Shown: positions 43,812 to 53,497, counted from the stretch's first letter. The stretch: DNA of 53,672 nucleotides from a bacterium (GCA_021842385.1 JAKCAE010000038.1:1-53672), one strand, 5' to 3'. Notes: generated by a model from the letters alone, not told the origin. Translations and numbers: made by a program.

Positions 43812-44489
43812 TTAAAGTTTATAATGCCCTTTAGCCTGTTCCATAGAGATCTTTCCTTTATCCATGGTAATTACTCTTTTTTGAATCTTGTTTACTAAAT
43901 CACGGGCATGCGTTGCCAACAAAACAGTAGTTCCCAATTGGTTAATCTTCTGTAAAAGATCAAGTATTTCAAAGCTATTCACTTCATCTAAATTGCCTGT
44001 TGGCTCATCAGCTATCAACAATACAGGTTTGTGAGCAAGGGCTCTGGCAATGGCAACTCTTTGTTTTTCGCCGCCTGACATTTCATCCGGAAAATTATGA
44101 GTCTTTTCTTTTAGACCAACGATTTCTAATATCTTTGAAACATCATGTGTGATTTTTTCTTTGGGATATCCTGCAACCTCCATGGCAAAAGCAACATTTT
44201 CAAAAGCAGTTTTTTTAGGTAGAAGCTTCATGTCCTGAAAGACTATACCTATTTTTCTTCTTAAATACGGTATATCGCTATCACTTAATGAAGAAATATC
44301 AATATCATCGATATAGAGTTTGCCTTCATCAACCTTTTCTTCACCAAAGATAAGTTTCAGGAGGGTGGATTTACCCGCTCCCGAGACTCCGACTATGGAA
44401 ACAAACTCCCCGTGCTTTATCTCCAAGTCAATGTTTTCTATTGCTTTTTTGTCTTTATAAGTTTTTGTTACCTTTTCGAAACGAATCAT
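43812..44489 (-). CDS. ftsE: Cell division ATP-binding protein FtsE
   Basis: GVSGAGKSTLLK, MSGGEKQRVAIARAL, LLIADEPTGNLD. ATG 44489 (MIRFEKV) is preferred over the TTG at 44507. Confidence 0.9.
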   Translation of the reverse strand: MIRFEKVTKTYKDKKAIENIDLEIKHGEFVSIVGVSGAGKSTLLKLIFGEEKVDEGKLYIDDIDISSLSDSDIPYLRRKIGIVFQDMKLLPKKTAFENVAFAMEVAGYPKEKITHDVSKILEIVGLKEKTHNFPDEMSGGEKQRVAIARALAHKPVLLIADEPTGNLDEVNSFEILDLLQKINQLGTTVLLATHARDLVNKIQKRVITMDKGKISMEQAKGHYKL

Positions 44490-44514
44490 ATTTAAATTAT
44501 ACCACAATATTTAT

Positions 44515-45613
44515 CTAAACAGTAGTTTCTAAATATTTTTCCATAAAATCGTCTAAATTACCGTTTAAAACAGTGCTTGGGTCTGTGGATTCATAGCCGC
44601 TCCTATGATCTTTAACTAGTTTGTAGGGATGTAAAACATAGCTCCTGATTTGGTTACCCCATTCAGCGCTTTTAAACTCACCGCGCAGTTCTTTCTTTTC
44701 TTTTTGTTTACGTTCCTCTTCTAAGATATTTAAGCGCGCTTGTAAAACTTCCATGGCTTTTTCTTTGTTTTGGTGCTGAGAACGCTCATTTTGGATTGAA
44801 ACTTTAATACCACTTGGAATGTGTGTAATTCTTACTGCAGAATATGTTGTATTAACACTTTGCCCACCATGTCCTGATGCTGTTGTTGTTTCAATTTTTA
44901 AATCCTTTGGGTCAATTACAGAAGTTTCTTCTTGTTTTAATAAAGGTAAAACCTCTACCAAAGCAAAGGAAGTTTCTCTGGTATGTGCAGGGTTAAACTC
45001 AGAAAGCCTCACCAAGCGATGAACCCCTGCCTCGCATTTTAGAAAACCGTAAGCATTAAGACCAGCGATTTCTAAAAGCACGCTCTTAATTCCGGCTTCT
45101 GACCCTTTAGAAAGCTCTAATGTTTCAACCTGAAAGCCGTGTTTCTCGCAAAAGCGCATATACATTCTCAAAAGCATTTCTGCCCAATCAGCAGCATCAG
45201 AACCACCAGCACCAGCATGAATGCTCAAGATTGCTCCGTGGTCATCATATTTCTTTGAAAAAAAAGCTTCTACTCTTGCTTTCAAAAACTTTTCCTTTGC
45301 TTCTTGTAGCTGTTTTTCAATATCACCCCTGTCCTCTGCAGCAACTGTTCCGTTTTTAAAAAGCTCGGTAGATATAACAAAAAGATCTTCAACATCTTTT
45401 TGAAGCTTGTTCCAAAAATCAAATTGTGTCTTTAAAGCGCTATATTCCGCGCTTTTTGTTTTTGCGGTTTCCTGATCTGCCCAAAAACCGCCTGCTTGCA
45501 TTTCTTCTTCTAACTTAGTTATTTTTTGTTTTTTTGTTTCAAGGTCAAAGACGCTCCTTCAGGTTTTGTATTTCAGAAAGCAAACCTTGAATATTTTTTA
45601 ATAACTCGTGCAT
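44515..45613 (-). CDS. prfB: Peptide chain release factor 2, expressed through a programmed +1 frameshift
   Basis: Frame 0 reads MHELLKNIQGLLSEIQNLKERL, then an in-frame TGA. The +1 frame continues DLETKKQKITKLEEEMQAGGFW... to GGQ (SGHGGQSVN). Total length is 1099 nt = 3n+1. Confidence 0.92.
45544..45559 (-). promoter_or_regulatory. RF2 autoregulatory +1 frameshift site
   Basis: Minus strand reads AAGGAG CGT CTT TGA C. This is an SD-like element 3 nt before the slippery CTT and an in-frame TGA followed by C. Confidence 0.9.
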
Positions 45614-46020
45614 TAAAGTAAGTTTAATATTGCTTTTACGTAACTGTCTAAATCAGAAAGATTTTTTAACTCCTCAAGAGTAAGCCAGCGGAAAGCATCA
45701 TGTTCTCTTTCTAAAACAGGCTCTCCTTCAATATTTGCAGTATATGTCAGCCGAACAACATGCTTATCATTTTTTAAAATATCCTGCGCTGCTATTAGTT
45801 TCGGCGTATCCACAAGTTCCAATTTCGTTTCTTCAAATATTTCACGCTTTAAGTTATCAACTAAAGAGCTTCCAGGATCAATTCTACCACCGACAATATC
45901 CCAAGGATGATTAACTTCTGGGTAGACCTCTAGATTTCTGTGTAAAAGCAAATACTTCCCCTCTTTGTTTGAAAGCAAAGCCTTAACCCCAACTTGCAGT
46001 GTTTTAGTGTTAGTTTCCAT
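45613..46020 (-). CDS. Nudix family hydrolase
   Basis: GGRIDPGSSLVDNLKREIFEETKL (degenerate Nudix box). Start at ATG 46020 (METNTK), overlapping the upstream stop as TAATG. Confidence 0.75.
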   Translation of the reverse strand: METNTKTLQVGVKALLSNKEGKYLLLHRNLEVYPEVNHPWDIVGGRIDPGSSLVDNLKREIFEETKLELVDTPKLIAAQDILKNDKHVVRLTYTANIEGEPVLEREHDAFRWLTLEELKNLSDLDSYVKAILNLL

Positions 46021-46613
46021 TATTTCCCTGCGTCTGGAATCCTGTTCCATTTGTTAGTTTCCATATGCCAAGAATCAACATCAACCTCGTTTAGAGAATC
46101 CCAAATCTTTTTTGCAGATTCTGTATACAGTTTTTGATTCCTAACCAAGGATCTATTGGCCATCCATTTTCTCGGAAGTTGAGAACCTTTTTGTTCCAGT
46201 TCGCGCATTTCTAAGTCAACATCCAAGTTATCAGCATCTTTTACAATCTTTGCTTCGATGCTTTCTCTAAGCTCATACTCTTTTAAGGTTTCGTTATTCA
46301 AGTTTTCAAAGCTTGTGCCGCCAAAAAGATCATTGGCTGCAGAATGTTCGTCTGCTTTGACATATACTTTTTGGACATAGCTGTGGTCTGAAACTCTTGT
46401 TTCTGCCATATCATGCACCAAAGCCATTTTAATGACTTTCTCTTCATCTTTAACCCCCTCAAGGCGCGCGATAAGCAGAGCAATCCAAACAACACGAATA
46501 GTGTGTTCTAAGTCATTTGCCACATCCATGCCAAAATGCTGACGCCAGCCTCTTTGAATATTTCTCAGAGAACCAAGCTCATACAAAAATTCTATATCTC
46601 TTTTTAATTCCAT
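46020..46613 (-). CDS. HD-domain phosphohydrolase (YfbR-like 5'-nucleotidase type)
   Basis: LEHTIRVVWIALLIA ... ALVHDMAETRVSD. Confidence 0.75.
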   Translation of the reverse strand: MELKRDIEFLYELGSLRNIQRGWRQHFGMDVANDLEHTIRVVWIALLIARLEGVKDEEKVIKMALVHDMAETRVSDHSYVQKVYVKADEHSAANDLFGGTSFENLNNETLKEYELRESIEAKIVKDADNLDVDLEMRELEQKGSQLPRKWMANRSLVRNQKLYTESAKKIWDSLNEVDVDSWHMETNKWNRIPDAGK

Positions 46614-46614
46614 G

Positions 46615-47331
46615 TTATTTCTTGTTTAATGCAAGTCTTCTAACCAAATTCCAGATTTTGTTATGTATCTGCTCTGGTGCTAATAGTTTACCATCTTCAA
46701 CACATTCAATGTACTTAGTGTTTGGAAAAAGCTCAGCTATCTGCATAAAGACCAGCTCTGCTTTTTCTAAATGTTCTAAATCATCTTCAAGCAAATCCCG
46801 TTTCTTGCCATTAACGTATTTTCTCTGATCTTTGCTTTTTTTGTCCACAAGCTTCTGAGCTATTTTAGCAGGAACATGCAAAATTAGATTTAAATCTGGC
46901 TTAGGTAATTGAAACAAGGTGTATTCTAAATTATCCAGCCACTTAAAATATTTTACTCTTTCAGAACTGCTTTCAATATTACTACCCTGGTGTCCGGCAT
47001 TTGCCGTAACATATCTGTTGGAGATGACAATTTTTCCTTCATCAAGCTGCTTTCTAATCCAAAAGCTTCCGTCATACCTATCAACTGCAAAAAGCAAGGA
47101 TGCTATGTAAGGATTTGATTTGCCGTAGGCACCATTTAGATATTCTTCTAAGGGGCCAGCAGATTTCTTGCCGTATTGAGGAAAATCAGCCACAGCAACC
47201 TCAAAACCCTCTTTACTTAAAGTTTCAGCAAGGAGCTTTGCCTGGGTTGCTTTACCAGAACCATCAATTCCATCAATGACTATGAATTTACCCTTTTCTT
47301 TTTTAGATTTTGTTCTTAAGCTTAATTTCAT
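46615..47331 (-). CDS. tmk: Thymidylate kinase
   Basis: FIVIDGIDGSGKATQAKLL, DRY-like DRYDGSF, and lid region. Confidence 0.88.
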   Translation of the reverse strand: MKLSLRTKSKKEKGKFIVIDGIDGSGKATQAKLLAETLSKEGFEVAVADFPQYGKKSAGPLEEYLNGAYGKSNPYIASLLFAVDRYDGSFWIRKQLDEGKIVISNRYVTANAGHQGSNIESSSERVKYFKWLDNLEYTLFQLPKPDLNLILHVPAKIAQKLVDKKSKDQRKYVNGKKRDLLEDDLEHLEKAELVFMQIAELFPNTKYIECVEDGKLLAPEQIHNKIWNLVRRLALNKK

Positions 47332-47869
47332 GCCTTTCTAATATGTTATCTACTTGCTCAAAAAGCTCTTCTCTGCCCTTGTCATTAAGTAATATATATT
47401 CGCATTTTTTCTTTAATTCCGCAATATGCGTTTCAGTCGGTTGTTTTGCTTCAATTTCCTTAAACTCTTCAAAGCTCATGGTTGAATCACCCTGATATTG
47501 CTTTTCTAGGAGTTGACGCTCATATCTTTGCTCAACCGGAGCATCAATATATATTAGTATGCTTTGAGGGTATGTTTTAATATTTTCCAGCTCGTTTTCA
47601 AAACGAATGCCTGTTACAACCTCCAACTCTGCTTTGTCTTCCTGTATTTTTTTGTTTAAGGCATGAATTAAAACATTTGAACCAAAAACATCACGCAGGC
47701 CAACTAATTTAATAATATTCATCCTAGTGTTAGAAATCTTAAGTAACCTTAAAATTTCATTATAAATCTCAGAATGGGCATGGCTCTTTGCGCCATACTT
47801 TTGCACTATGTATTCAGCAACAGTGTCTTTGCCAGAACGTTTTGGTCCTACAAGTCCTATAACTATCAT
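47303..47869 (-). CDS. P-loop nucleotide kinase (dNMP-kinase-like)
   Basis: IGLVGPKRSGKDTVAEY Walker A. Size and context fit. Confidence 0.5.
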   Translation of the reverse strand: MIVIGLVGPKRSGKDTVAEYIVQKYGAKSHAHSEIYNEILRLLKISNTRMNIIKLVGLRDVFGSNVLIHALNKKIQEDKAELEVVTGIRFENELENIKTYPQSILIYIDAPVEQRYERQLLEKQYQGDSTMSFEEFKEIEAKQPTETHIAELKKKCEYILLNDKGREELFEQVDNILERHEIKLKNKI

Positions 47870-48402
47870 AGCAAAGCTTTCCTTAATTTTTCTCTTAATT
47901 CTTCTTTGCTCCCGTTATTCTCAATTACAACATCAGCATACTTTTCTAAACCTAAAAGCTGAGCATCAACATCATGCTGTTCGGATTTTAAAAAGTTCTC
48001 AAAACTCTCCTGTGTCTCACCAATTTTTTCAGATCTTTGCAACATTCTTTGGTATCTGGTCTTTGGCTCTGCTTTTAGATATATGATCCTTGCATCTGGA
48101 ATATCTTTTAAGGTCAGGAGATCTTCCTTTGTTCTTAAGCCATCCATTAAAAAAATCTCTGCTTGGGAATCTTTGGAATACTCAAGAGCTGTTTTAACTA
48201 AAATGTCTTGGCCATATGTTTCTTTAATAAACAAGCCCAGATCTTGAAGGTTTTTCCTATTTTTTTCCAAATCAAGCAAATCAAGAAGTTGTCCTAAAAA
48301 TCGCGAAAAATGAAAAGACTCTGCTTTAAAATCCTGTTCAAGAATTTCTTTGGCAGTGGTTTTTCCCGAAAGAAGCCCTCCCGTAATCCCTATATATCTC
48401 AT
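47866..48402 (-). CDS. P-loop kinase, dephospho-CoA-kinase-like
   Basis: MRYIGITGGLLSGKTTAKEIL. Start moved to ATG 48402. The upstream 64 codons of the track ORF have no support. Confidence 0.5.
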   Translation of the reverse strand: MRYIGITGGLLSGKTTAKEILEQDFKAESFHFSRFLGQLLDLLDLEKNRKNLQDLGLFIKETYGQDILVKTALEYSKDSQAEIFLMDGLRTKEDLLTLKDIPDARIIYLKAEPKTRYQRMLQRSEKIGETQESFENFLKSEQHDVDAQLLGLEKYADVVIENNGSKEELREKLRKALL

Positions 48403-48476
48403 GCTTTTAGTATATATCAAATATACTTTAAAGGCATATGATATACTTAAGACAAATACATTTAAGACTAACAAAA

Positions 48477-49157
48477 ATGGAAAAAAACAGTTACGAAATT
48501 GAGTTAAAAAGCCTGCTGGGCAACCCCCAAAATGCGGAAAAACTTGTTTCAAAAATGAAAGAGCTTGATCCCCAAATGGTTTCCAAAGGAACACATAAAC
48601 AGCTCAACCACTATTTCAAGGACGGCGATCTTAAAACACTTTATGAAAAATTGGAATCTTTTGTTCCTGCTGAAAAAAAGAGTCAATTTAAAGAAATTGC
48701 TGAAAAAGCAAAAACCTTTTCAGTAAGAACGCGTTGGGCAGACGGCAAAGTAATTTTAGTTGTCAAAGCCTCTGTTGATGAAACAACAAGTTCCAATGGC
48801 ACTGCCAGGCTTGAATTTGAAGCCTTGATGAATATGACTTTAGAAGAACTAGATAACCAGATACTAGCCTCTGGCTTTAATTACCAGGCAAAATGGTCAC
48901 GGGAAAGGACAGATTACAACTACAAAGATACAGCTGTAAGCATAGACAAGAATGCCGGTTATGGATATTTAGCTGAGTTTGAAAAAACAGAAACAGAATT
49001 AGAAAAAGTTGAACCCACTAAATCATTGCTCCGTGAAATGCTAAAAGAGTTAGGAGTGGAAGAACTTGCCCAGGATCGTTTAGAAAGAATGTTTGCTTTC
49101 TACAATGACAATTGGCAGGACTATTACGGCACAGAGAAGACATTTAATATTGAATAA
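48477..49157 (+). CDS. CYTH-domain protein (triphosphate tunnel metalloenzyme)
   Basis: N-terminal ExExK signature in YEIELKSLL. Start set at ATG 48477. Confidence 0.6.
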   Translation: MEKNSYEIELKSLLGNPQNAEKLVSKMKELDPQMVSKGTHKQLNHYFKDGDLKTLYEKLESFVPAEKKSQFKEIAEKAKTFSVRTRWADGKVILVVKASVDETTSSNGTARLEFEALMNMTLEELDNQILASGFNYQAKWSRERTDYNYKDTAVSIDKNAGYGYLAEFEKTETELEKVEPTKSLLREMLKELGVEELAQDRLERMFAFYNDNWQDYYGTEKTFNIE

Positions 49158-49197
49158 CATTATCGCTGCGGCTAAACCAAAGCGGAAAGGTAAAGTT

Positions 49198-50178
49198 ATG
49201 GATATAGAACATCCAGAACAACAATATTTAGGGCTTTTAAGAGACATTCTCGCAAATGGCTCAGAAAAGAAAGACCACAACACAGGCATGGGCCTAAAAA
49301 GCGTCTTTGGCAGACAAATACGCTTTGATCTTTCAAAAGGCTTTCCCCTACTAACTACAAAAAGAGTTTACTGGAAAGGCGTTTTACATGAACTGCTTTG
49401 GTTTCTTTCAGGAAGCTCGAATATCAAATATTTAGTTGATAATGAGGTGCACATCTGGGATGACTACCCTTTTAAAGCCTACAAAAAATCAGCGGACAAA
49501 GGAGAACAACCTGTTTTAACGCAAGCTGAATTCATCCAAAAGATTAAAGATGATTCAGCTTTTGCCGAAAAATGGGGTGATCTGCCTAAAATATACGGCG
49601 AACTCTGGAGAAGATGGCCTGCGAAAAACAACAGGACTATAGATCAAATTGCTTGGATTATCGGAGAATTAAAAGCATACCCTCAGAGAAAGCATCATGT
49701 TTTCTCTGTCTGGAATCCGGAATATCTTTACTCCATGGCTTTGCCAGGCGAAGCTTTAAGCTTTCCTCTTTGTCATATTCTTGTACACTTTAATGTTTCT
49801 GAGAACAAACTTTCCTGCCAGCTCTACCAAAGAAGTGCAGACATGTTCTTAGGTGTCCCCTTTAACATTGCAAGCTATGCTCTCTTAACACAAATAGTTG
49901 CTCATGTTTGCGGGTATGAAGTCGGGGAATTTGTACATACTTTCGGAGACGCGCATATCTATGCCAATCATTTTGAGCAAGTTAATGAACAACTAACAAG
50001 GGAACCAAAACCGTTCCCTACTCTAAGCATTGACCCGAATATCAGAGATATTGATAGTATTAAGCCTGAGCACTTTAATCTCCAAGGTTATGATCCTCAT
50101 CCTGCTTTGAAAGGAGACCTTACAGTTGCTGGAGGTTTTAATGAGGCTGACAGAATTGACTTTAACAAGAAAAACTAA
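49198..50178 (+). CDS. thyA: Thymidylate synthase (ThyA, long form)
   Basis: EQQYLGLLRDIL, FPLCH, LYQRSADMFLGVPFNIASYALL, GDAHIY. Start at ATG 49198. Confidence 0.93.
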   Translation: MDIEHPEQQYLGLLRDILANGSEKKDHNTGMGLKSVFGRQIRFDLSKGFPLLTTKRVYWKGVLHELLWFLSGSSNIKYLVDNEVHIWDDYPFKAYKKSADKGEQPVLTQAEFIQKIKDDSAFAEKWGDLPKIYGELWRRWPAKNNRTIDQIAWIIGELKAYPQRKHHVFSVWNPEYLYSMALPGEALSFPLCHILVHFNVSENKLSCQLYQRSADMFLGVPFNIASYALLTQIVAHVCGYEVGEFVHTFGDAHIYANHFEQVNEQLTREPKPFPTLSIDPNIRDIDSIKPEHFNLQGYDPHPALKGDLTVAGGFNEADRIDFNKKN

Positions 50179-50660
50179 TGATTAGTTTAATCGCAGCAAT
50201 CTCTGAAAACAGAGTCTTAGGAAAAAACAATGAGCTCATCTGGAAAATCTCCAAAGACCAAAAAAGATTTAGGGAAATAACTAAGGGACATCCTGTAATA
50301 ATGGGTAGGAACACTTACAAATCAATTGGCAAAGCGCTGCCAAACCGTTTTAACATAGTCATTAGCAGAAACCAGGACTATACACTACCTGACGCAGCTG
50401 TTGCCCACACTTTAGAAGACGCTTTACGCATTGCTAAAGATTCTGGAGTTGGCTCAGAAGAGATCTTTGTCATTGGTGGAGCACAAGTCTATACAGAAGC
50501 TCTGCCTTTTGCTGACAAGCTATATTTAACGGTTGTTCACCAACAAGCAGAAGGCGATGCCTACTTCCCTGCTTACGAAAATATATTCAAAACTGTTCTA
50601 CACGAAGAATCTGCTGAAGAAAACGGCATTAGCTTCACATTCAAAGATTTAGGGAGATAA
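50178..50660 (+). CDS. folA: Dihydrofolate reductase
   Basis: ISLIAAISENRVLG, VIMGRNTYKSIG, IFVIGGAQVY. TAATG overlap with thyA. Confidence 0.92.
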   Translation: MISLIAAISENRVLGKNNELIWKISKDQKRFREITKGHPVIMGRNTYKSIGKALPNRFNIVISRNQDYTLPDAAVAHTLEDALRIAKDSGVGSEEIFVIGGAQVYTEALPFADKLYLTVVHQQAEGDAYFPAYENIFKTVLHEESAEENGISFTFKDLGR

Positions 50661-50662
50661 CA

Positions 50663-50686
50663 AAAACCCCGGGATCCCGGGGTTTT
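50663..50686. terminator. Bidirectional terminator between folA and dcd
   Basis: aaaaccccggg / cccggggtttt palindromic hairpin. Confidence 0.7.
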
Positions 50687-50689
50687 AAA

Positions 50690-51316
50690 TTATCTTCGTT
50701 TCTTTTTTGAAAGAGGTTTAGCTTTTACTGTCTTCTTGGGAATTGCTCTGACTTCATCATGAAGTTTTGAAGCCAAGGGGCTTTTTTGCCCAGCGTACTT
50801 GTTATTCTTCTTGTTTACATAGGGAACATCAACTTTGCTTGTTAACTCTTCAAAAGTAAAGGCACATATTCTCATTCCCGGATACAACGCAACAGGCATG
50901 GTGCCTAAATTACCAAGCTCCATGGTTGGTTTACCGTTCCAGCCTGCATCAAATACTGAAGCAGTGCCATGAACTATAATCCCCAGACGTCCAAGAGAAC
51001 TTCTGCCTTCAATTCTTCCCAAAAGATCATGCGGTAATTCCAAGTTTTCAACTGTTGTTACTAAAGCAAAATCACCGGGCTGCATTATGAAAGCATCGCC
51101 TTTTTTAACAACAATTTCTTCCATAATCTCTTTAATATCAACAGGACCCTTTAAATCAATATAGGGAAAGCTTGATTTTTTAAAGACTCTGAATCTGTTT
51201 CCCAAATGCAAATCAATGGAACAAGAACCAAGCTGAGTTTCAAAATCCGGTTCCGGAGTTATCTTTATCCTTCCCTGTGCCAATGCCTTTTTTATGTCTC
51301 TGTCTGAAAGAATCAT
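50690..51316 (-). CDS. dcd: dCTP deaminase with Lys-rich C-terminal extension
   Basis: MILSDRDIKKAL..., SCSIDLHLG, GRIEGRSSLGRLGI. Confidence 0.9.
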   Translation of the reverse strand: MILSDRDIKKALAQGRIKITPEPDFETQLGSCSIDLHLGNRFRVFKKSSFPYIDLKGPVDIKEIMEEIVVKKGDAFIMQPGDFALVTTVENLELPHDLLGRIEGRSSLGRLGIIVHGTASVFDAGWNGKPTMELGNLGTMPVALYPGMRICAFTFEELTSKVDVPYVNKKNNKYAGQKSPLASKLHDEVRAIPKKTVKAKPLSKKKRR

Positions 51317-51320
51317 ATGT

Positions 51321-52004
51321 TTAGATCTTTACTTTAATACCAGGACCCATAGAAGCATTAACAACTATATTTGTGATGAAAACTTTTTTGACTGTGCTTG
51401 GTTTAGAAGCATTCAACGCATCGATGAAGATTTTTAAATTAGCAACCAATTTTTCTGAATCAAAATCAGTCTTGCCGATTATCTGATGCACATTTCCTGA
51501 ATCATCGTTCTTAAAGTCAATTTTTCCGGCATTGATTTCCTTAATAATCCCTGAGATGTTTTCAGTAACAGTGCCAGTTTTTGGGTTAGGCATTAAACCC
51601 CTTTGGCCAAGAATCTTTGCAATTGGCGCCATTAATTTCATCATTGCAGGTTCTGCAACTGCCATGTCAAAATCAGTTTTTTCAGTTTCTTTGATCTGTT
51701 TAACTAACTCAGCACCACCAACTAAAACAGCTCCTGCTTCTTTGGCTTCTTTTTCTTTGGTCTCAGTAACAAAAGCAGCGACGCGCTTAATTTTTCCTGT
51801 GCCGTGCGGTAAAGAAACAGAACCTCTGACTGACTGATCTGTTTTCTTTGGGTCAATACCCAATCTTACATGCACTTCAACAGTGCCAGTAAACTTTGTA
51901 TTTGCCGTTTGTTTAACCAATTCAATGGCTTCAGAGGCAGAATACACTTTTGTGCGTTCTACCTTTGCAATATTCGCCTTTTGGCGTTTAGAAACATTTC
52001 TCAT
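51321..52004 (-). CDS. rplA: 50S ribosomal protein L1
   Basis: FTGTVEVHVRLGIDPKKTDQSVRGSVSLPHGTGK. Confidence 0.95.
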   Translation of the reverse strand: MRNVSKRQKANIAKVERTKVYSASEAIELVKQTANTKFTGTVEVHVRLGIDPKKTDQSVRGSVSLPHGTGKIKRVAAFVTETKEKEAKEAGAVLVGGAELVKQIKETEKTDFDMAVAEPAMMKLMAPIAKILGQRGLMPNPKTGTVTENISGIIKEINAGKIDFKNDDSGNVHQIIGKTDFDSEKLVANLKIFIDALNASKPSTVKKVFITNIVVNASMGPGIKVKI

Positions 52005-52066
52005 ACTCGTCCTTTCGACTTAGTGGTTTACGCAAATATTTTGCTCCCACAAATTAATTAATATAT

Positions 52067-52411
52067 TTAAGCTTCTTTGCGAGCCAATTTCCAGTGGTAG
52101 TAGAAGACCGGCGCGCCAACTATGATCATTGCCAAGGATTGCGCTATATCTCTTTTTCTCTGTTGCTGCTGGTTCTTTTTCTCATACTCTTGCTGTCTTG
52201 TTTGATATTCTGGATCACACTCAGCTGTTTTGACAGCTGCCGAGTTAGCAGGAACTGCCGGGCAGCTCATTGCCACAGGATATGCGTAGTAATCTTCTGC
52301 ATTAAGCAGGATTTTCAAACCCATGTTCAGCAAGGTTATTGCCCCAACCATGATTATGATTAAGGAAACCAGGGAAACAACATAGAGATATGCTTTTTTT
52401 ATCCAAGTCAT
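52067..52411 (-). CDS. Small two-TM membrane protein inserted between rplK and rplA
   Basis: TM helices at both ends with a QQQRKRD-rich linker. 29/60 G+C at 52201-52260. Confidence 0.5.
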   Translation of the reverse strand: MTWIKKAYLYVVSLVSLIIIMVGAITLLNMGLKILLNAEDYYAYPVAMSCPAVPANSAAVKTAECDPEYQTRQQEYEKKNQQQQRKRDIAQSLAMIIVGAPVFYYHWKLARKEA

Positions 52412-52430
52412 ATATTTTTTGTTTAATTAT

Positions 52431-52856
52431 TTAATCAACAACTTCAACGCCCATGGAACGGGCTGTGCCGGCAACAATCTTTTCTGCAGCTGCCAAATCA
52501 TTTGCGTTCAAATCAGGCATTTTCCTCTCAGCAATTTCTCTAACTTTTGCTCTGGATATTTTACCAACTTTATTCTTTAAAGGATTTGCCGAGCCTTTTT
52601 CCAAACCAACTGCTTTTCTGATTAAAACAGAGGCTGGAGGAGTTTTTAAAATGAAAGAAAAGGAACGATCTTCATAAATAGTCACTTCAGCAGGAATGAT
52701 CAAATCCCCCATCGGGGCTGTTTTTTCATTAAACTGCTTGGTAAACTCACCGATATTAATACCATGGGGACCTAAAGCAGTACCAACCGGTGGAGCTGGT
52801 GTTGCTTTTCCAGCTTGCAGCTGGAGTTTTACCATTGCTTTTACTTTCTTTGCCAT
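52431..52856 (-). CDS. rplK: 50S ribosomal protein L11
   Basis: [26 protein letters not shown]. Confidence 0.95.
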   Translation of the reverse strand: MAKKVKAMVKLQLQAGKATPAPPVGTALGPHGINIGEFTKQFNEKTAPMGDLIIPAEVTIYEDRSFSFILKTPPASVLIRKAVGLEKGSANPLKNKVGKISRAKVREIAERKMPDLNANDLAAAEKIVAGTARSMGVEVVD

Positions 52857-52947
52857 TTCTTCTTTGTGGTAGCAGTTTTTTAAGCTGCGAGACGGTTATC
52901 CCGCCAACCACCCTTTCTTTGCCAGAACCCTGGCTTAATTAATATAT

Positions 52948-53493
52948 TTAAATCTTTTTAACCTGAAGAAAATCTAACTCCACAGGTGTTTCTCTACCAA
53001 AGATTGAAACTAGCACTTTAACCTTACCCTTAGCTTCGTCTACCTCAGAAACCTTGCCTTCATAATCCTTAAAAGGTCCGTCCATCATTCTAACTAAACT
53101 ACCTACAACAAAATCAACCTTAAACTTTGGTTCTTCCACACCCATCCTCTTCTGAAGCGATCTAATTTCTTCGTCAGAAATGGGGGTTGGGATTGTTCCG
53201 CTACCCACGAAACCTGTAACATTTGGGGTATTTCTAACAACATACCAGGAATCATCGGTCACTATCATCTCAACTAAAACATACCCCGGAAAGATCTTTT
53301 CTTCAACTGTAGTTCTTTTACCGTCTCTAATCTTAATCTTCTTTTCTTTAGGCACTATGACATCAAAAATTTTGTCTTCCATACCCATTGATTCAATACG
53401 CTGTTTCAAATTGAAAGCAACGCTATCTTCATAGCCTGAATATGTGTGCAAAACATACCAATGTTTTTCGCCTGTAACTTGTTGTCGTGACAT
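52948..53493 (-). CDS. nusG: Transcription termination/antitermination factor NusG
   Basis: [11 protein letters not shown] (NGN) and C-terminal KOW ([18 protein letters not shown]). Confidence 0.93.
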   Translation of the reverse strand: MSRQQVTGEKHWYVLHTYSGYEDSVAFNLKQRIESMGMEDKIFDVIVPKEKKIKIRDGKRTTVEEKIFPGYVLVEMIVTDDSWYVVRNTPNVTGFVGSGTIPTPISDEEIRSLQKRMGVEEPKFKVDFVVGSLVRMMDGPFKDYEGKVSEVDEAKGKVKVLVSIFGRETPVELDFLQVKKI

Positions 53494-53497
53494 ATCT

